NCBI RefSeq assembly: GCF_000143415.4
Contig: NW_003314273.1
Span: forward strand, 2,352,097 to 2,416,096
From: Selaginella moellendorffii
Taxonomy: Eukaryota; Plantae; Lycopodiophyta
Length of the DNA: 64,000 bases
Direction of reading: 5' to 3'
The position numbers and the translations under genes are program-made. This document shows, piece after piece, positions 12,851 through 25,579 of the stretch. The notes under the pieces are model-generated. The model saw nothing but the letters and a program-made list of their open reading frames with translations, ran no database searches and had not been told where the DNA came from. The number at the start of each line of letters is the position of its first letter. Positions within the stretch are counted from its first letter, which is position 1.

Positions 12851-15800
12851 TCATAATATAAAATACCTGCTACAGTTCTTACACTCGGTCACCTCAAAGG
12901 ATCCTCCCACAACGTTGTAGACTCCGCAGGACACGCACTTGAGCCTGTTGATCTTTGCGGGCTTGAGCTGCTTGTAATAGTGAACGTAGCCCAGCCGCGG
13001 ATGGACGAGCGTCTGCGCGTGAGCGTAGCTTGCTCCTCTCTGCTGCGGATTCTGTGCCGGGAGAGATGGAGCCTTCTTCAGCTGAACGCAGCACTTGACA
13101 GGCTGGAGCTTGCACGCCTTGAGGTGTTCCTGGATGATCCCGACGCGGCTGTCACCAGTGATTTCTGTTTTACTGCTGCCTTCGGCCCCGGTGAAGGCTC
13201 TTAGCGACTTGAGTTGCGAGGAGAGGAGCAACGAGAGCTCGGCCGGCGGCTCGATAAGTTGGTCTTCGCAGTAAGCCTGTAAGTTACTGAGCTGCATCTG
13301 AACGTGAGCAATCTCCTGGACCAGACTGTCCCACTCGCTCGATCCTCCTGTTCGTTCTCCATCGAGCTCGCAGCTAAGACCTGTGGCTCTCGGGTGATCC
13401 TCGCAGCTCTCGTCCAGATATGCCAAGTCGATGTCCTCCACTTGAGTCAATGGCTCGTCACGCTCGTTGCTTCTCCTTTCCAGCAGCCCGTACATACTGA
13501 CGAAGTTGTGGCGGACAACCAGCCTTGCAGCGAGGAGGTGCTCGCAAGTGAACATCGTCTCGAGGCAGTCGCAGAAGTTTGTGAGGAGGTTGACGACGTG
13601 AGACTTGGCCGTGTCACCATTGCAGCCGTGAACTCTGAAAAGAAAACCCGGCTCGCTGAGTACCTCGAAACATGCTCGGTTATTGTTGTATTGAGCCAAA
13701 AAGCGTTCTGCAGCAGCCAAGCGCTTGCGCTCCGCCGAAGTGCTCGATTGACTGTGATAGCGCCTCGAATCACCTGAGAAAGTGTTAAGGACTCGAAAGA
13801 AAGGAAAAGACTGGTGGATACAAAGGACGTGTCTCTGCCGAAAAAACTCCTCCAGCGTACCACCCTCTGGCTTACTGCTTGTCAGGGCGCTTCCTACCAA
13901 AGCCAGAAGAAGATCACAATTGCTCTGGTTCATACGCCCTCCAAACAAGGAATACTTGATGAAGAGCCAGAAGTAACTCACTATGTTGATTGTCTCTACG
14001 TTTCCATGCTCGAACAACCTGCCAAAAGTCGGCCAAATTCTCCGCCAAGCACAATGAGAGCCCAACCATCCCATTTCCAGATAATCCACAATCTCCTTAA
14101 AACCACCATAGTCCTCCTGTGCATCAAAAACAAAAACAGGCCACTCAAGACAGAAACATGACAGAACTACCTTAAATTTGTTCCAAAGATTATCGAAATC
14201 GGCTTCAGAAGGGGCCATCATCATTCCATCCAGTTGGCGATACACATCTTTTCTCATTTCCGATGCGACCTGCTGCAAGCAATCAGGAAATAGTTACAAC
14301 GAAAAAAGGTTTTCACCTGTGGGAGAAGATTCTCAACCCAAGCTCTTTTCACGCAAAACCAGCAAAGCAGTAGTCGACAAGCGATCTGCTTACCGTCCCT
14401 CCAGCATTTCTCATCCCGAGAGACAACACTGAACAAAGCGTCAAAGCTCAGCCGCGACTTATCAATCAAAATTGCAGCTGGCCTCACAGACAGCTGCTTC
14501 AAAACTGCTGTCAATGCCAGCTTCAAGGCAATGCTCTCGTGCCTTGACCCCGTGTCAGCCGAGCACATCATGAAAAACACTGGCATTCCAATGCCGTCCT
14601 GGAAGACGTGATCAAAAACCATAACAAAATAGAGATAGAGACAGTAAGGCACCTGATTAGGAACGGCTGCCGCATGCAATGGAAGACCCCGTATACAGGT
14701 TGTGAAAGTCGAGTCGAGGGCCCAAACATTACCCGCAGAAAACCTTTACAAGAAAAACAAACGTCGTTATAAGAAGAATGAAGAACATAAGAAATGAAAG
14801 CAAGACCTTTCAGCCATTTCTCGCATCCATGGAGTCATGATGACACACACGAACGGCTGCTTCTCTTCCACGGGATTAAAAACGTCATACTGCTGATAAA
14901 AAATCACAGTCTTCTTTTTCCTGTGTGCGTCAACCTCCTTGAGCAACCGGACCCAATCGCTGCTTGAGATCTTGCCTAAAAGAAAGCGGTACAAAACCCA
15001 GCTGTATCAGGCAGGAAGATAAACATTGGACCATAAAAGAACGAAAAAACCGACAAACCTTGAGAGTTCAGCTCCATGGTTAACTGCGCCACCTCTTTCG
15101 GGATCAGATGAAAGCGAAAGGTAGCTTTGTCAAGGTCCGTAGCTCTGGACTTGAGTAGCATATCCATCCGCAACGACGCTCTTGCAACCGAAATCACGTC
15201 CCAGGACAAGTCAAACTCGTACAAAGCAGCTTCTTTTGCCGACGAATGGACGGGAAAGTTAACGTAATCTTCTTTGTCATTGGGATTATGCCCCCTGTGT
15301 GCCCTGTTGAGAAGTACTGTCACCAAGATATTGCTCGAATCTAGAAAATGGCTGTTTGCCTGCATTTGCTCAAAGTAACTCCCATGGCCGTCCTGGAAAT
15401 CTGGAAGTTGGCTCGAGCTTTTGGAGCCAAGAAAGTCCTCCGACGAATCCACGGAGGCTGTTCTCTCCGGCAAGTTTACTGGCTCTGTAAACTCCGGGTT
15501 GAGCTCGGGCAACTGAGAGATCCTCACCGGAATGAGAGTACGTACTCGAAAAGTGCATGGTAATCCTTGATGAGTAGCACCAACATTTTTGCTTGAGGAA
15601 TCGGCTCCTTCCTGCTTTCGAAAACCACGGGCACAAACCCAGGTGGTGACGATCGAAGGCTCAGGACTGGCGATCCTGTACGTGCTCTCCTTTCGCAGCG
15701 ATACCCTGTGCCGGATACAAAGACCCTCGATGAAATCATCCAGATGCTGCCAAGGAACAGTGTGAACTTCCGGCCACCTTTCAGGCAAGTTCTTGCGGAG

Positions 15801-16529
15801 ACGCTTGCTAGCCGGGGACTCGTGGAGCTGGTCATCGCATTTCGGGCACTCTCCAATCCTGGCCTTGATGAAATCCTCCGGGATGCCATGCTTCTTGTTC
15901 CCAGTAACGTAGAACAGCCCCAAGTTCTTGACAGTGTCGCGGAGGTTTAGACACGATCCACTGCCAGCCTCGACATGGAACTTATCGACGACGAAAGGCC
16001 ACTCCTCTCTGTAAGCTATGATCCTTCTTAACTTATCCCACTTGGAGCTCAAGCGTCGGCGCTTGATCCCATCGCTTTCCACGTCCATCACCACCAGAGC
16101 GCTGGACAGGGATTTCCATCGGCTCAAGAGAGCGTCGGCCACAGCGCGGTTGTTCCTCCGCTTCTCCGGGAAGCTTGGATCGGCCTTCTTGATCTGCGCC
16201 TCGCTTGGCTTGGAGCCAGAATCCAAGCACTTGACGGTCAGATCGTAAGCGGCAGCATTGAAAGCGTAGGATTCCAGCGATCCAGAATTATCTCGTGGCG
16301 CCTGGTGATGATTCTCTGAAGGCGCCGCTGCCGCTGCCGCTGCCGCTACACAAGAAGAAACCCTCTCTACATCCTCGAGGCTGTCTAGAAATTCTATCAC
16401 ATTGAGCTCCGCTGCTGGCTCAGAGACTCCAAAACCCTCAAAATCTACATCGCGTTGCCTGGCCGCCGCACCTGCTGCTGCGTCCCAGCCCTGACCCCAG
16501 CTGGATTCGTAAGCACTCATCGCTAGCAT
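12851..16529 (-). CDS. Mutator (MULE) transposase-derived, SWIM zinc-finger protein, multi-exon
   Basis: Spliced ORFs give WALDSTF, AILIDKS, LLCWFCV, TINIVSYFWLFIKY, SWIM CDC-x6-CEH and a terminal CxxC...CxxC. Short GT-AG introns link the ORFs. Confidence 0.8.
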
Positions 16530-17599
16530 CGCTGGAAAGCATAGCTACAAATCCTAGAACCCTAAAAATCAAATTGATAAGATTAAAAGAACATTGTTCT
16601 TTTCTAACATTATTGAATTCTTTTACTTCCTATTATTACTAAACTCCCTTTTAGTTCAACGTGAAGATAACAATATGCATTTTTGTTTGATGTCAAAACT
16701 AAATTTGCATTATGAGGCAATACATTCTATTTTATGATACCAAACTATTTACTCATAAATCCAACAATTATCAAAATTTAAATCATGATAACGTTTTTTA
16801 TTATTAACCAATTAATTGATTAGCAGGACCTATATTGATATGTTTAAATTCATAATTTTCTGAAACTCCAAAAGCCCTAAAACAGGCATACATCCAAATA
16901 ATGTCTCAAATCTATCAATAAGCTGATACTTGAACAAAAGTATTAGGCTCACTATTAGACTCTTTAGTTGTATGAAATTTTATAACAATATTAAGAACAT
17001 TATCTATTGTATAACTCCAAGTATCTCCCAAGATTCTACAATTTCAATAAATTTTATAATTGAATAGATGTAGTTATTTGAGTGACACTGGAAGAGCACT
17101 ATCATGTACAATTATATTAGTAACTATAGGAAAGATTAAACATATTAATATTATAAAAATAATTGTGTTCAATCTCAAATAAATATAATGCTGTATATAA
17201 TACTCTAAAATATTATAAATATCACTAATTGTCTTTAAAAAAAGAGTCATATACTTCTCTTTAAGATTAGATAGTGAAGCAGTTGGCTATAGTTTTATTA
17301 ATCAATCTTATTCTTTACTTAGAATAGAATAATCTCAGATGTTTATGATCTTCTAAACATAAGACTTTAAATTAGAGGTGTATTATTTTTAACTTATAGC
17401 TATAACCATATAAAGATAGGATATATTCAAAATAAACTACCAAGGTTAATATTATTATAAACATATATTTTTAGTTATGTGAGTGCATGGAATATAAAAA
17501 TGGAATACAAAAATCCCATTATACTAATATTAGTGTACAACTGTTAATATTAGTATACAACATCGTAACCATACACTTGGATTTCATATCATCCCCTCC

Positions 17600-18720
17600 T
17601 TTCTAAAGTATAGAAACTAATTAGGGGTTTCTAGTTAATAGGCTGGGATTTAGAAGAATATTAAGAACTAGTGGATTTGTAGATGGTATTAATTGTTCTT
17701 GATCCCTTTGTACAAACCATTTCAACCATTATACATATATAATTTCTAAAGGATTAATTTCTTGAATATCATGCCAAACCTCATAAATTTGCAGTCCAAT
17801 TGTAAATGACTAAATTTCCATTCTACTTTAGTCACTTAACCACATATTCAACCATTTAAAAGAGTCTCATTTACAACCTTCATAAGCCCTATTCCGGACT
17901 TAAGGCTTGTTAACCCCAAAAATGGCATTTATGCCATTTAACCTTTGCATTTGGTCCAAATGCTCTATATGTCCAATCCCATGATCGACACTCAAAGGTA
18001 TCACTAATATATCAACCCATTATACTAAGGCCATGCCCATTCACTTTTGTCACACCGATGATCCAACACCACTTACATCACAGTCCCATCTCTCAAAGAC
18101 TAAGGCATTCATCTATGAATGATCATCACAGATCCACTCCTTAACATCTTTAAGATACCTATAGACATGGGGAACAACTTTCCCCAATATCCCTTTTTTA
18201 GTCTCTATCAAGTCCCTTTTTGCCCATGGTTGTGTTTGCCCACACTGCCATTAGATCAAGGCCCACAGGCCCAACCATCATATGACCATATCCTTGGTCA
18301 TTACACCAAAGGATTATTCCCCTTCCTTTCCAGTGTTTGGGACTTTGGGATAATATTTTGGAACACCATGCCCCACTCTCCCCACCTTCCACCTTTGGGT
18401 GCTTTAGCTATGGGCTTAGAGTGAGGTTTCATTGAGCCATGCTAAGTATCCAAGTAGATAGTGCCACCCATATTTGGATTGGGAGCATCGACCATTCAAT
18501 CTTCTAGGGGAGCTAAAGCTAGCTCTTGAACACTTCACCAAGGTACCCCACTTGTCTGTTCAAATTCACTTTAACTTTAGACTCCTCAGTGGATATATCA
18601 TCACCGAACACGTGGGCATAGCCTTCTTGGGTCACATTGGCCTTTCCAACAATCTTTAAAGAAGAAGGACAACAGAGGTTTTTCAAAGTGAAGAGTGATG
18701 CAAAGTTTAAGAAAGACTCC
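17600..18720 (-). mobile_element. Decayed interspersed repeat, probably retroelement-derived
   Basis: About 18000-18430 is a reverse-complement homolog of about 60010-60480. No intact ORF. Confidence 0.55.
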
Positions 18721-19329
18721 AAGAAGAAGTTTGGTGGTTATTATAATAAATCTAACTATGAAGAGTTTAAATGTAACTATAAATGAGTTTAAATTTAACT
18801 ATTGACCTATTGTGGTAGTTAAAGAAATAACCCCTTTATGCATTTGGGTGCATGGCATATCAGCATGTTCCAAAAGGGTTGCATACAAAATTTAATCCAA
18901 TTAGGGAAAAGCTTATGTTTGTTGACATATCTGATTTTAGGTTTCATACTTACAAATTGATGAATTTGGTGACAACCATGGTTCACATTTACAAGTAGGA
19001 AAAAGTGGTATTTTCTTAAGTAACTCTTTTTTTTCTCTCAATCCTCTTTTATTCTTTATAAAATTTTCATGTTCTTAATTTTGGAATGATGTTATTTTTT
19101 ATGCTTATTTTTCGAATAATGCTCAACAAAGTGGAGTTAATTTAAGAGTATTTGAGCAAAAAAGACCTAATTTAGTCATTAAAGTCCCAACCCAACCTTC
19201 TCTTATAAGATATGAGGTTACAAGACTTTTTGAACCACTTAAATAAGGAAAAAAGGTGAAAATTCCAAAAAACCTTTAAAAATGCTAAATATTTTTATGT
19301 TTTTTTATTAGAATTTTATATACTTACTT

Positions 19330-20640
19330 ATACACTAGAGTTTTCTTCATTTAAGGAAGCTATTAGAAGTAAGAAATGACAAATAAATCAAGTTCATCAC
19401 TTGTATACACACTTTTGATGAAGTGGTTTTTCCAATTAAACTTGCATCTCTTGGCAATTCATAGGTTTACAAGATGAAAATTAACTTTAATAGTTTCATT
19501 AATTGTCATAAAGTTTAATTCATTGCACAAAGTTACAAATAACAATATGGTATAAAGTATTTCAAGACATACTCTTCAATAGTAAAGATGAAAAGTGTTT
19601 AGATTTTGTTTATTTTAACTATTTACTTTAATTTTGAAATTCATCAAATTGTCATTAAGACTGCTTTCTTAAATAGAAACTTACAGGAAGATGCTTACAT
19701 TCAACAACCAAAAGGTTAACCTAACCTGAAAAACAACATTTCATGTAGAAGCTCAAGAAAGCTCTTTATGGCCTTATGTAAGTCTTGAGAGCATAGTGGC
19801 AAAAAATTAATATTTTCTTTAAAATTAAAAGATTTTTTTATCACTCCTGAATTTAATGTTTACATCAAGCAAGAAGGGAAATTTCTATTTATTGTTGCTC
19901 TCTACATTAATAATTCACTCATGATTAGCAACAATTGTGAGTATTTACAAATTTTCAAGACTAACCTTGAGAAAAAAATTCTGTGATGGATCTTGGAGAA
20001 GCTTGATATTTTTTTAATCTTGAAATTCATTGTGATATGAAAATAAGGTCTCTTTACATCTTTCAACATCAATATTTAACTAAAGTTCTTCTTATTTGTC
20101 TATGAAACCTAAAAGTTGAGTGTTCTTTTAACAAGAAAGAGTGTCAAGCTATAGCAAAGGTACCATTTCAAAATTTTCTTAGGAGTTTGATATAGTGTGC
20201 AACTATCCAAATTTAGCTTATGTTGTCATTGCTCTTAACCAATTTTCTACCAATCACATCAAGATATAGCTAAATTTTTTATATGTTGCTTTTGGAGTGT
20301 TATATGGCTCAAGTGGTGGCTTTTCTCTTGTTACTTACAGGAACATCAACTTGTTAGATAACAGAGATAATTATAAATCCACAACAAGGCTTTTCTTCTA
20401 GTTTGGAACAAATCATGTTCTTTGGGCTAGCAAGAAGCAAACTCATATTACTCTTTCCTCTACAGAAACAAAGTATTTTGCTACCTTAATTGCTTCCAAA
20501 GAAATTCTTGAGTTTCAAAAATTTCTTGGAGTTCATGGTCTATATCAATTACTTTTCATGTTGATAATGGAGTTATTAATTAGTTGCAATACTAGAAGTT
20601 TCAGCATGTCTATCACTATATCAAAGATCTGATACATATA
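19330..20640 (+). mobile_element. Degenerate Ty1/copia reverse transcriptase-RNase H remnant
   Basis: Interrupted frames encode KTAFLN.NLQED.YIQQP (about 19655), KLKKALYGL (about 19750), DLGEA (about 19990) and WASKKQTHITLSSTE.KY (about 20425). Confidence 0.85.
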
Positions 20641-22200
20641 GAAATTCCATTGGAGTCATGGCCAAGCCTTGGAGGAGGAAGCAATAGCAACAATCAAAGA
20701 GTGTTGAAGCTGAAATCCAAGATATGATAGGTGCTTTGAACCAAAGGCCATAATTTCAAGTGAAACTTCTGTACATAACAGTGGTTCTTTCTTGTTTCAA
20801 GTAAGCAATTGTTTCTAATTTCCTTCTATTCATTCTTTCTGGTCCTTTATTAAGAGAAGATGATTGGACTCTGACCTAACTACTCCTGGATGCCATGTGG
20901 CAGGAACTGGCACTAACACCCCCACTTTGGCGCAGTAGAGGATGGGACTGGTGGAGACTCGTCTTGGATGGTCTGGCCACATACTACACGTCATTGCTCC
21001 TGGATCCAGCACTCTACTCTTGCAAGTGTTGCAAGCGCTTGCGCCCTCTTCTCCTCGTTTGTCATTGGTCATCTGCACCATTCATATTGGCCATTGGATC
21101 GTTTCAACCAAATATCATGTGCGAATAATATCAGTTAACTTCATAGCATGTCAGTTACATTGTTATACATCTAGCTATGTGTTCCTTGGACCATCACTTG
21201 ACAAGCTTATGTGGAGATCAGTCAGGATCACTGACGTAGTGATCTTGTGTTTCCCACAGTTTGTCCATTGTAGCTGAAGGTGGCTCTCTCTAAGAAGACA
21301 CCAAATCTGGAGGATGTAGTGGTGATCGTCAGTCACCTGTTTCAAGAGGATGGCCTTCTTTGGAACTTCTTGAAGTGCCAGACACCCATCTCATGGCCGT
21401 TTTAACCAAGGAAATGAGAAGGACCTTGACTGTCATGCAAAACATTGTGGATGGGATCGCAGAATTTTTATTTTAATTTTTTTTTTTCTGGCCTCACTTT
21501 TGCAGCTCCCTGGCGTAAGCAACCCCGAGTGCCAACCAGGGAGACTTTTGAGATGGCTTTGCTTGAGAAACTTAAGTTTGTTTCCAATCCAATCTATACA
21601 CGCTAAGAGCTCAGATCATCCGGTGGGACACAATGAGCCCCTGAGTCTGCATGGAACCAAAACAATAAACTCGCAATGGAAAGCTCAATGGATTCAGCTT
21701 GGCACCATTTGGAAATGGCCAACGGCCTTGCTGTGAGTGTGTGACACAAAAGCACCACACTGTTTTGATTGAGAGCTTGCGATCGATCAAGAAGAAACCA
21801 CCTAAAGGAAAACTGATGCTTTGCTTTGCTTCTGTTTTAGATACACTCACTTCCAACTCGCTGCCTCTACTTTCGTTTAGTACATACACTATTTTACAAT
21901 TGAACATCAAGTATCATAAGCTGAGAGGTGGACGACTTACTAGCTCTGCCATTCACGTGCTGGTCGTGGTAGTTGATGTCCTTCACTTACAATTCGGACA
22001 ACCATGCTATGGCTTTGCCTCGGTGGTCCGAGCTTTAAAATGGTGGGACGAGATCGAAAGCTCGTGTTTTTCACGACAGAGATAGCCAATCAGCCGCTCT
22101 TGATATTTAAAGCACGTGTTTTTCTCTCACATGCTTGACAGGCCTATAAATGTATGCAAGGATTGCTGTGACTTGCCAATATCGAGAAGTCATTGGAATC

Positions 22201-22928
22201 ATGCTTCTTCGTGCTCTAGCATTCTTTGCATTGTGTTTGCTGGTTTCCGCAGCACCAGCATCACCCCCTCCTCCTGGTTCATGTTCATCCGACGCTGACT
22301 GCCCGGAGGCATACCCCTGTTGTTCATGGGGAAACTGTGGCAAAGAAGCCCCATGGTGTTCGTCGCCTCCTCCACCGCCTCCACCTTGCAAGGAAGTCTT
22401 ACGAGTACACCAGTGGAGGGTCTACGCATAATCAGCGGTTGTGTGGTTGATGCCATTCAGTGGAAGTCGTCGGGTTCTTCCTGGACTCAAATGTATGGAA
22501 CGAACTCCTGTTCAGAATGTTTACCAAGGCCACCTCCGCAAGCTGGTCTGAGAGGCACACTCTACGAGGTCTTTTTAAGTTAACGTTTTTCTTACTTTCT
22601 CAATTTCTTTCTGCAGATCTCTTTGAGCTCGGATGAGTACATTTACAAGGTATCGGGTACAACTGGAACAGACAAAACATGCGGTGCTGGTTGGGCGGGA
22701 GAAGCTGTTGTTTCGCTGACTGTGCATGTCAAGAACATGAGAACCAGTGCAACCAAACCATATGGTCCATTTGGTACTTCGACGAGTGGCACTTTCTTCG
22801 AAACAGCACCAGGCAACATAGTCTCGTTCTTTGGATATGCAAGCCCCAGCTCATATATGAAAGGCATTGGTGTTATCTATTCGACGTGCCCATCCAGTTC
22901 TGTCATGGGGGCGTTTAGCATCATTTAG
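22201..22928 (+). pseudogene. Secreted hevein-like (chitin-binding) plus jacalin-like lectin, with a frame discontinuity near 22392
   Basis: Signal peptide, then CSSDADCPEAYPCCSWGNCGKEAPWC flanked by poly-Pro. A different frame then gives LRIISGCVVDAIQ, intron 22569-22617, and LSSDEYIYKVSG...YGPFG...IVSFFG...KGIGVIY. Confidence 0.7.
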
Positions 22929-24449
22929 GGCTGTGTGGCATTTGCCAAACTATGTATTAAAGATTTTGGTGCTATGCCAAAATATGTATTATCCGAGCAG
23001 CTCGCAGCAGGGCTTGGCAGAGAAACATCCTTCATATTTCTTTAAAAAAAATGCAATCTATTATGATGTTGCAATAGATCATTGTAGTGTTACACACTTT
23101 GACAAGAATTGAGGCCAGCATTTCATAACCCAGTTAGGGAGGACATATACATGCCTCGATCTTGCCAGCCATCCGGGAAAAATATCCACCGCATAAAAAG
23201 CAACCTCAACCTGGTGGGATCCAAGGACGTTCACAGCATGCTATTCATGATCAAGATTATCTGAGTATTTTCAATTCGGACTATTTCAACGAACATAACT
23301 TTAAAACTTTTAATGCTATGAAGATGCATCACATTTTACAAACTTCATTGCAGGATTATGGCGGTAGTTTGGTGAAAGCTGGAAAGAGAACTGCTGTAGT
23401 ATCATAGCCAGAATGACTTTGGCCTTGATCATCACAAATGACTAGCCGAACACCTACGGGCCAAATAAAAACGTGAGTACACAGAGTACAGTATGATATG
23501 GCACTGCCCAAGGGAGATTTATACAAGAGAGATTTTGAGAGATTTTGCAAATTGGGCTGCCCTCCTTGATGGGTATAAGTCTAGGTGAGCAATATATTAA
23601 CCTTCTTCTCACTGATTGGTAGTTTCTTTGTTGTCACATTGAAGGGCATTGAATTAATAAGAATTGAATTTGTGCCAATACCATTTATTTCTCTTCCCTT
23701 AAAAGCTAATTGAAAAATGTGATGGTTTTTAGTGGCCTTTTATATACCCTAAAATTCTAAGGATTCATTGTAATAATATATTTAAATTTCATATATATAT
23801 ATATATACAGATAAGCACTTCCATTATGCAAAATAACCTTTTATAAACATCAACAAATGTTAGTACTCATTTGACATAGGGCAATATAAAACTCTTTGCA
23901 TAACCAGAATTTATAAGGTTAGCTTATTTCTAAAGAGATGTGTTAATCTCTCAAGGAAAAGGAACACTAGTAGTAAAATCTCAAACTCAAGATTAAACTC
24001 ATTGCTTTTATTACTTAAAGTAGTTCTCATTTTTTTTAATCCAACAAAATTCCAACCTCCAAGAGTTCCAATAATAATTTTACAAAGAAGAAAGGCCATT
24101 GTAACTATTATACCAATTACTACTCACCATTTACACCAATCGCCAAGACTAAATAATCACATTCAATTGATAATAACATTCATGATGCATAGTTTTACTT
24201 TTGTTGCTAATTCTCGAATTATTAATTATACAAATGATTTGTACCATCAATTTAATCACTTTACAATGATTACCACCTATCATTTTTAAAATGATATTTG
24301 GCATTTGCACAAATTTCCCAAATGTTTACAAAGGATACAGTGGTACAATGTTTTAAGCATAGGCACTTGTGTAGATTAAAGTTGTGTGGATACTAAACTA
24401 ACACATGATAGAATCATACAAGATCTTTGCTGTAAAATGCTAATCTGCT

Positions 24450-25250
24450 GTCTTGAGAGCCACAGCCTCCACCTACATAGTGAAGAAATTCATTGCAAAC
24501 AACAAGTAACAGTGGCTGTGTAAGATGCTGGAGATATTGGGCAAGTGTAGAATGGACTTTGAAAAGGTAATGAACTGAAAGGGAGAATGTTGCTTTGAGG
24601 ATTGAACTGTTGGCAAGTCATGCATTGCCTTGAAAATGACAGGCCAATAGAAACCACCATTGTTGATCCCCCCAAATGACCATTATAAGGGTGAAGACTT
24701 TGAGAGTCTGGAACTTTAGCTTCTGTCAAGCAGCACAGTTGAGCTGTTCTCATGTATAGTGTTCCTCCCAACAAGCAAAATTCTGAGCCTTGATCTCCAA
24801 AGTCCATTGCCACACCACTGGCAAGTTGTCTGGGGACTCTTGTGATGCAAATTTGACCTTGGTGTCAATGAGTGCACGATAGATTTGCTTTTGTCAACTG
24901 CCCAGGGTTTGCTGGGCAATTTATACTCTTGGTTCTAGTATGCTCAAGAGTTGATTACATAGGAACTCTAAGGTTGTCAACGTAAAGTTAGAGGAGTGGT
25001 TCATTCTTGATGCAACTTTTCATATATCTTGCACTCAAAATAACTGTGACCTTGAGTTCCCTAGTCCACCCATGTGTTGGACCGCTTTGTAGCTTTGCTA
25101 AGATTTGTCAATGCTTATTCCCCATTGAGTGGTACACTCTAAGCCACTTGGGGTTGATGTTCATCAAGTAGTATTGGCAGCATGCTTGGCAAGCCCTGGT
25201 CGCTGGCCCTGAGCACTGTGTTGGCTGGCCCAAGAATCTCTGCTTAAACT
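24450..25250 (-). mobile_element. Possible decayed retroelement integrase region
   Basis: Fragments CMTCQQFNPQ...PFQSPF and LPSKPWAVD resemble the integrase CxxC and PxxPW motifs. Heavily disrupted. Confidence 0.35.
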
Positions 25251-25579
25251 CATTTCTTGGATTTTCAATGACAAAGCTTCTTATTGGTCACACTAATTGT
25301 GGCGAGTTTCTTTGGAGTAGCCTTCTGGTCACTGGAAACGATTCGGTATGCCGAGAGCCAGGCTTGGCTCCGTGGCACCACTTGGAGCAGGTGATCGATG
25401 TAGAGACAGATTTTCCTTATCACTTTTCTTGCAACATTGGCAGACGGAGAAGTCACAAAGCAAGCTTAAATGATGGAGAAAACCGGCATTTGATCTGAAA
25501 GCTCGTCGCTCTCAAAGACAGGCAAACGTCCTATTGTTGTTCTTTCCCTACAGTAAAAATTTTGAGCTCAAATGAGTAG

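Noticed and set aside
20650-22080. Exon-like fragments after the copia remnant
   Set aside because: Stops in all frames and no identifiable motif.
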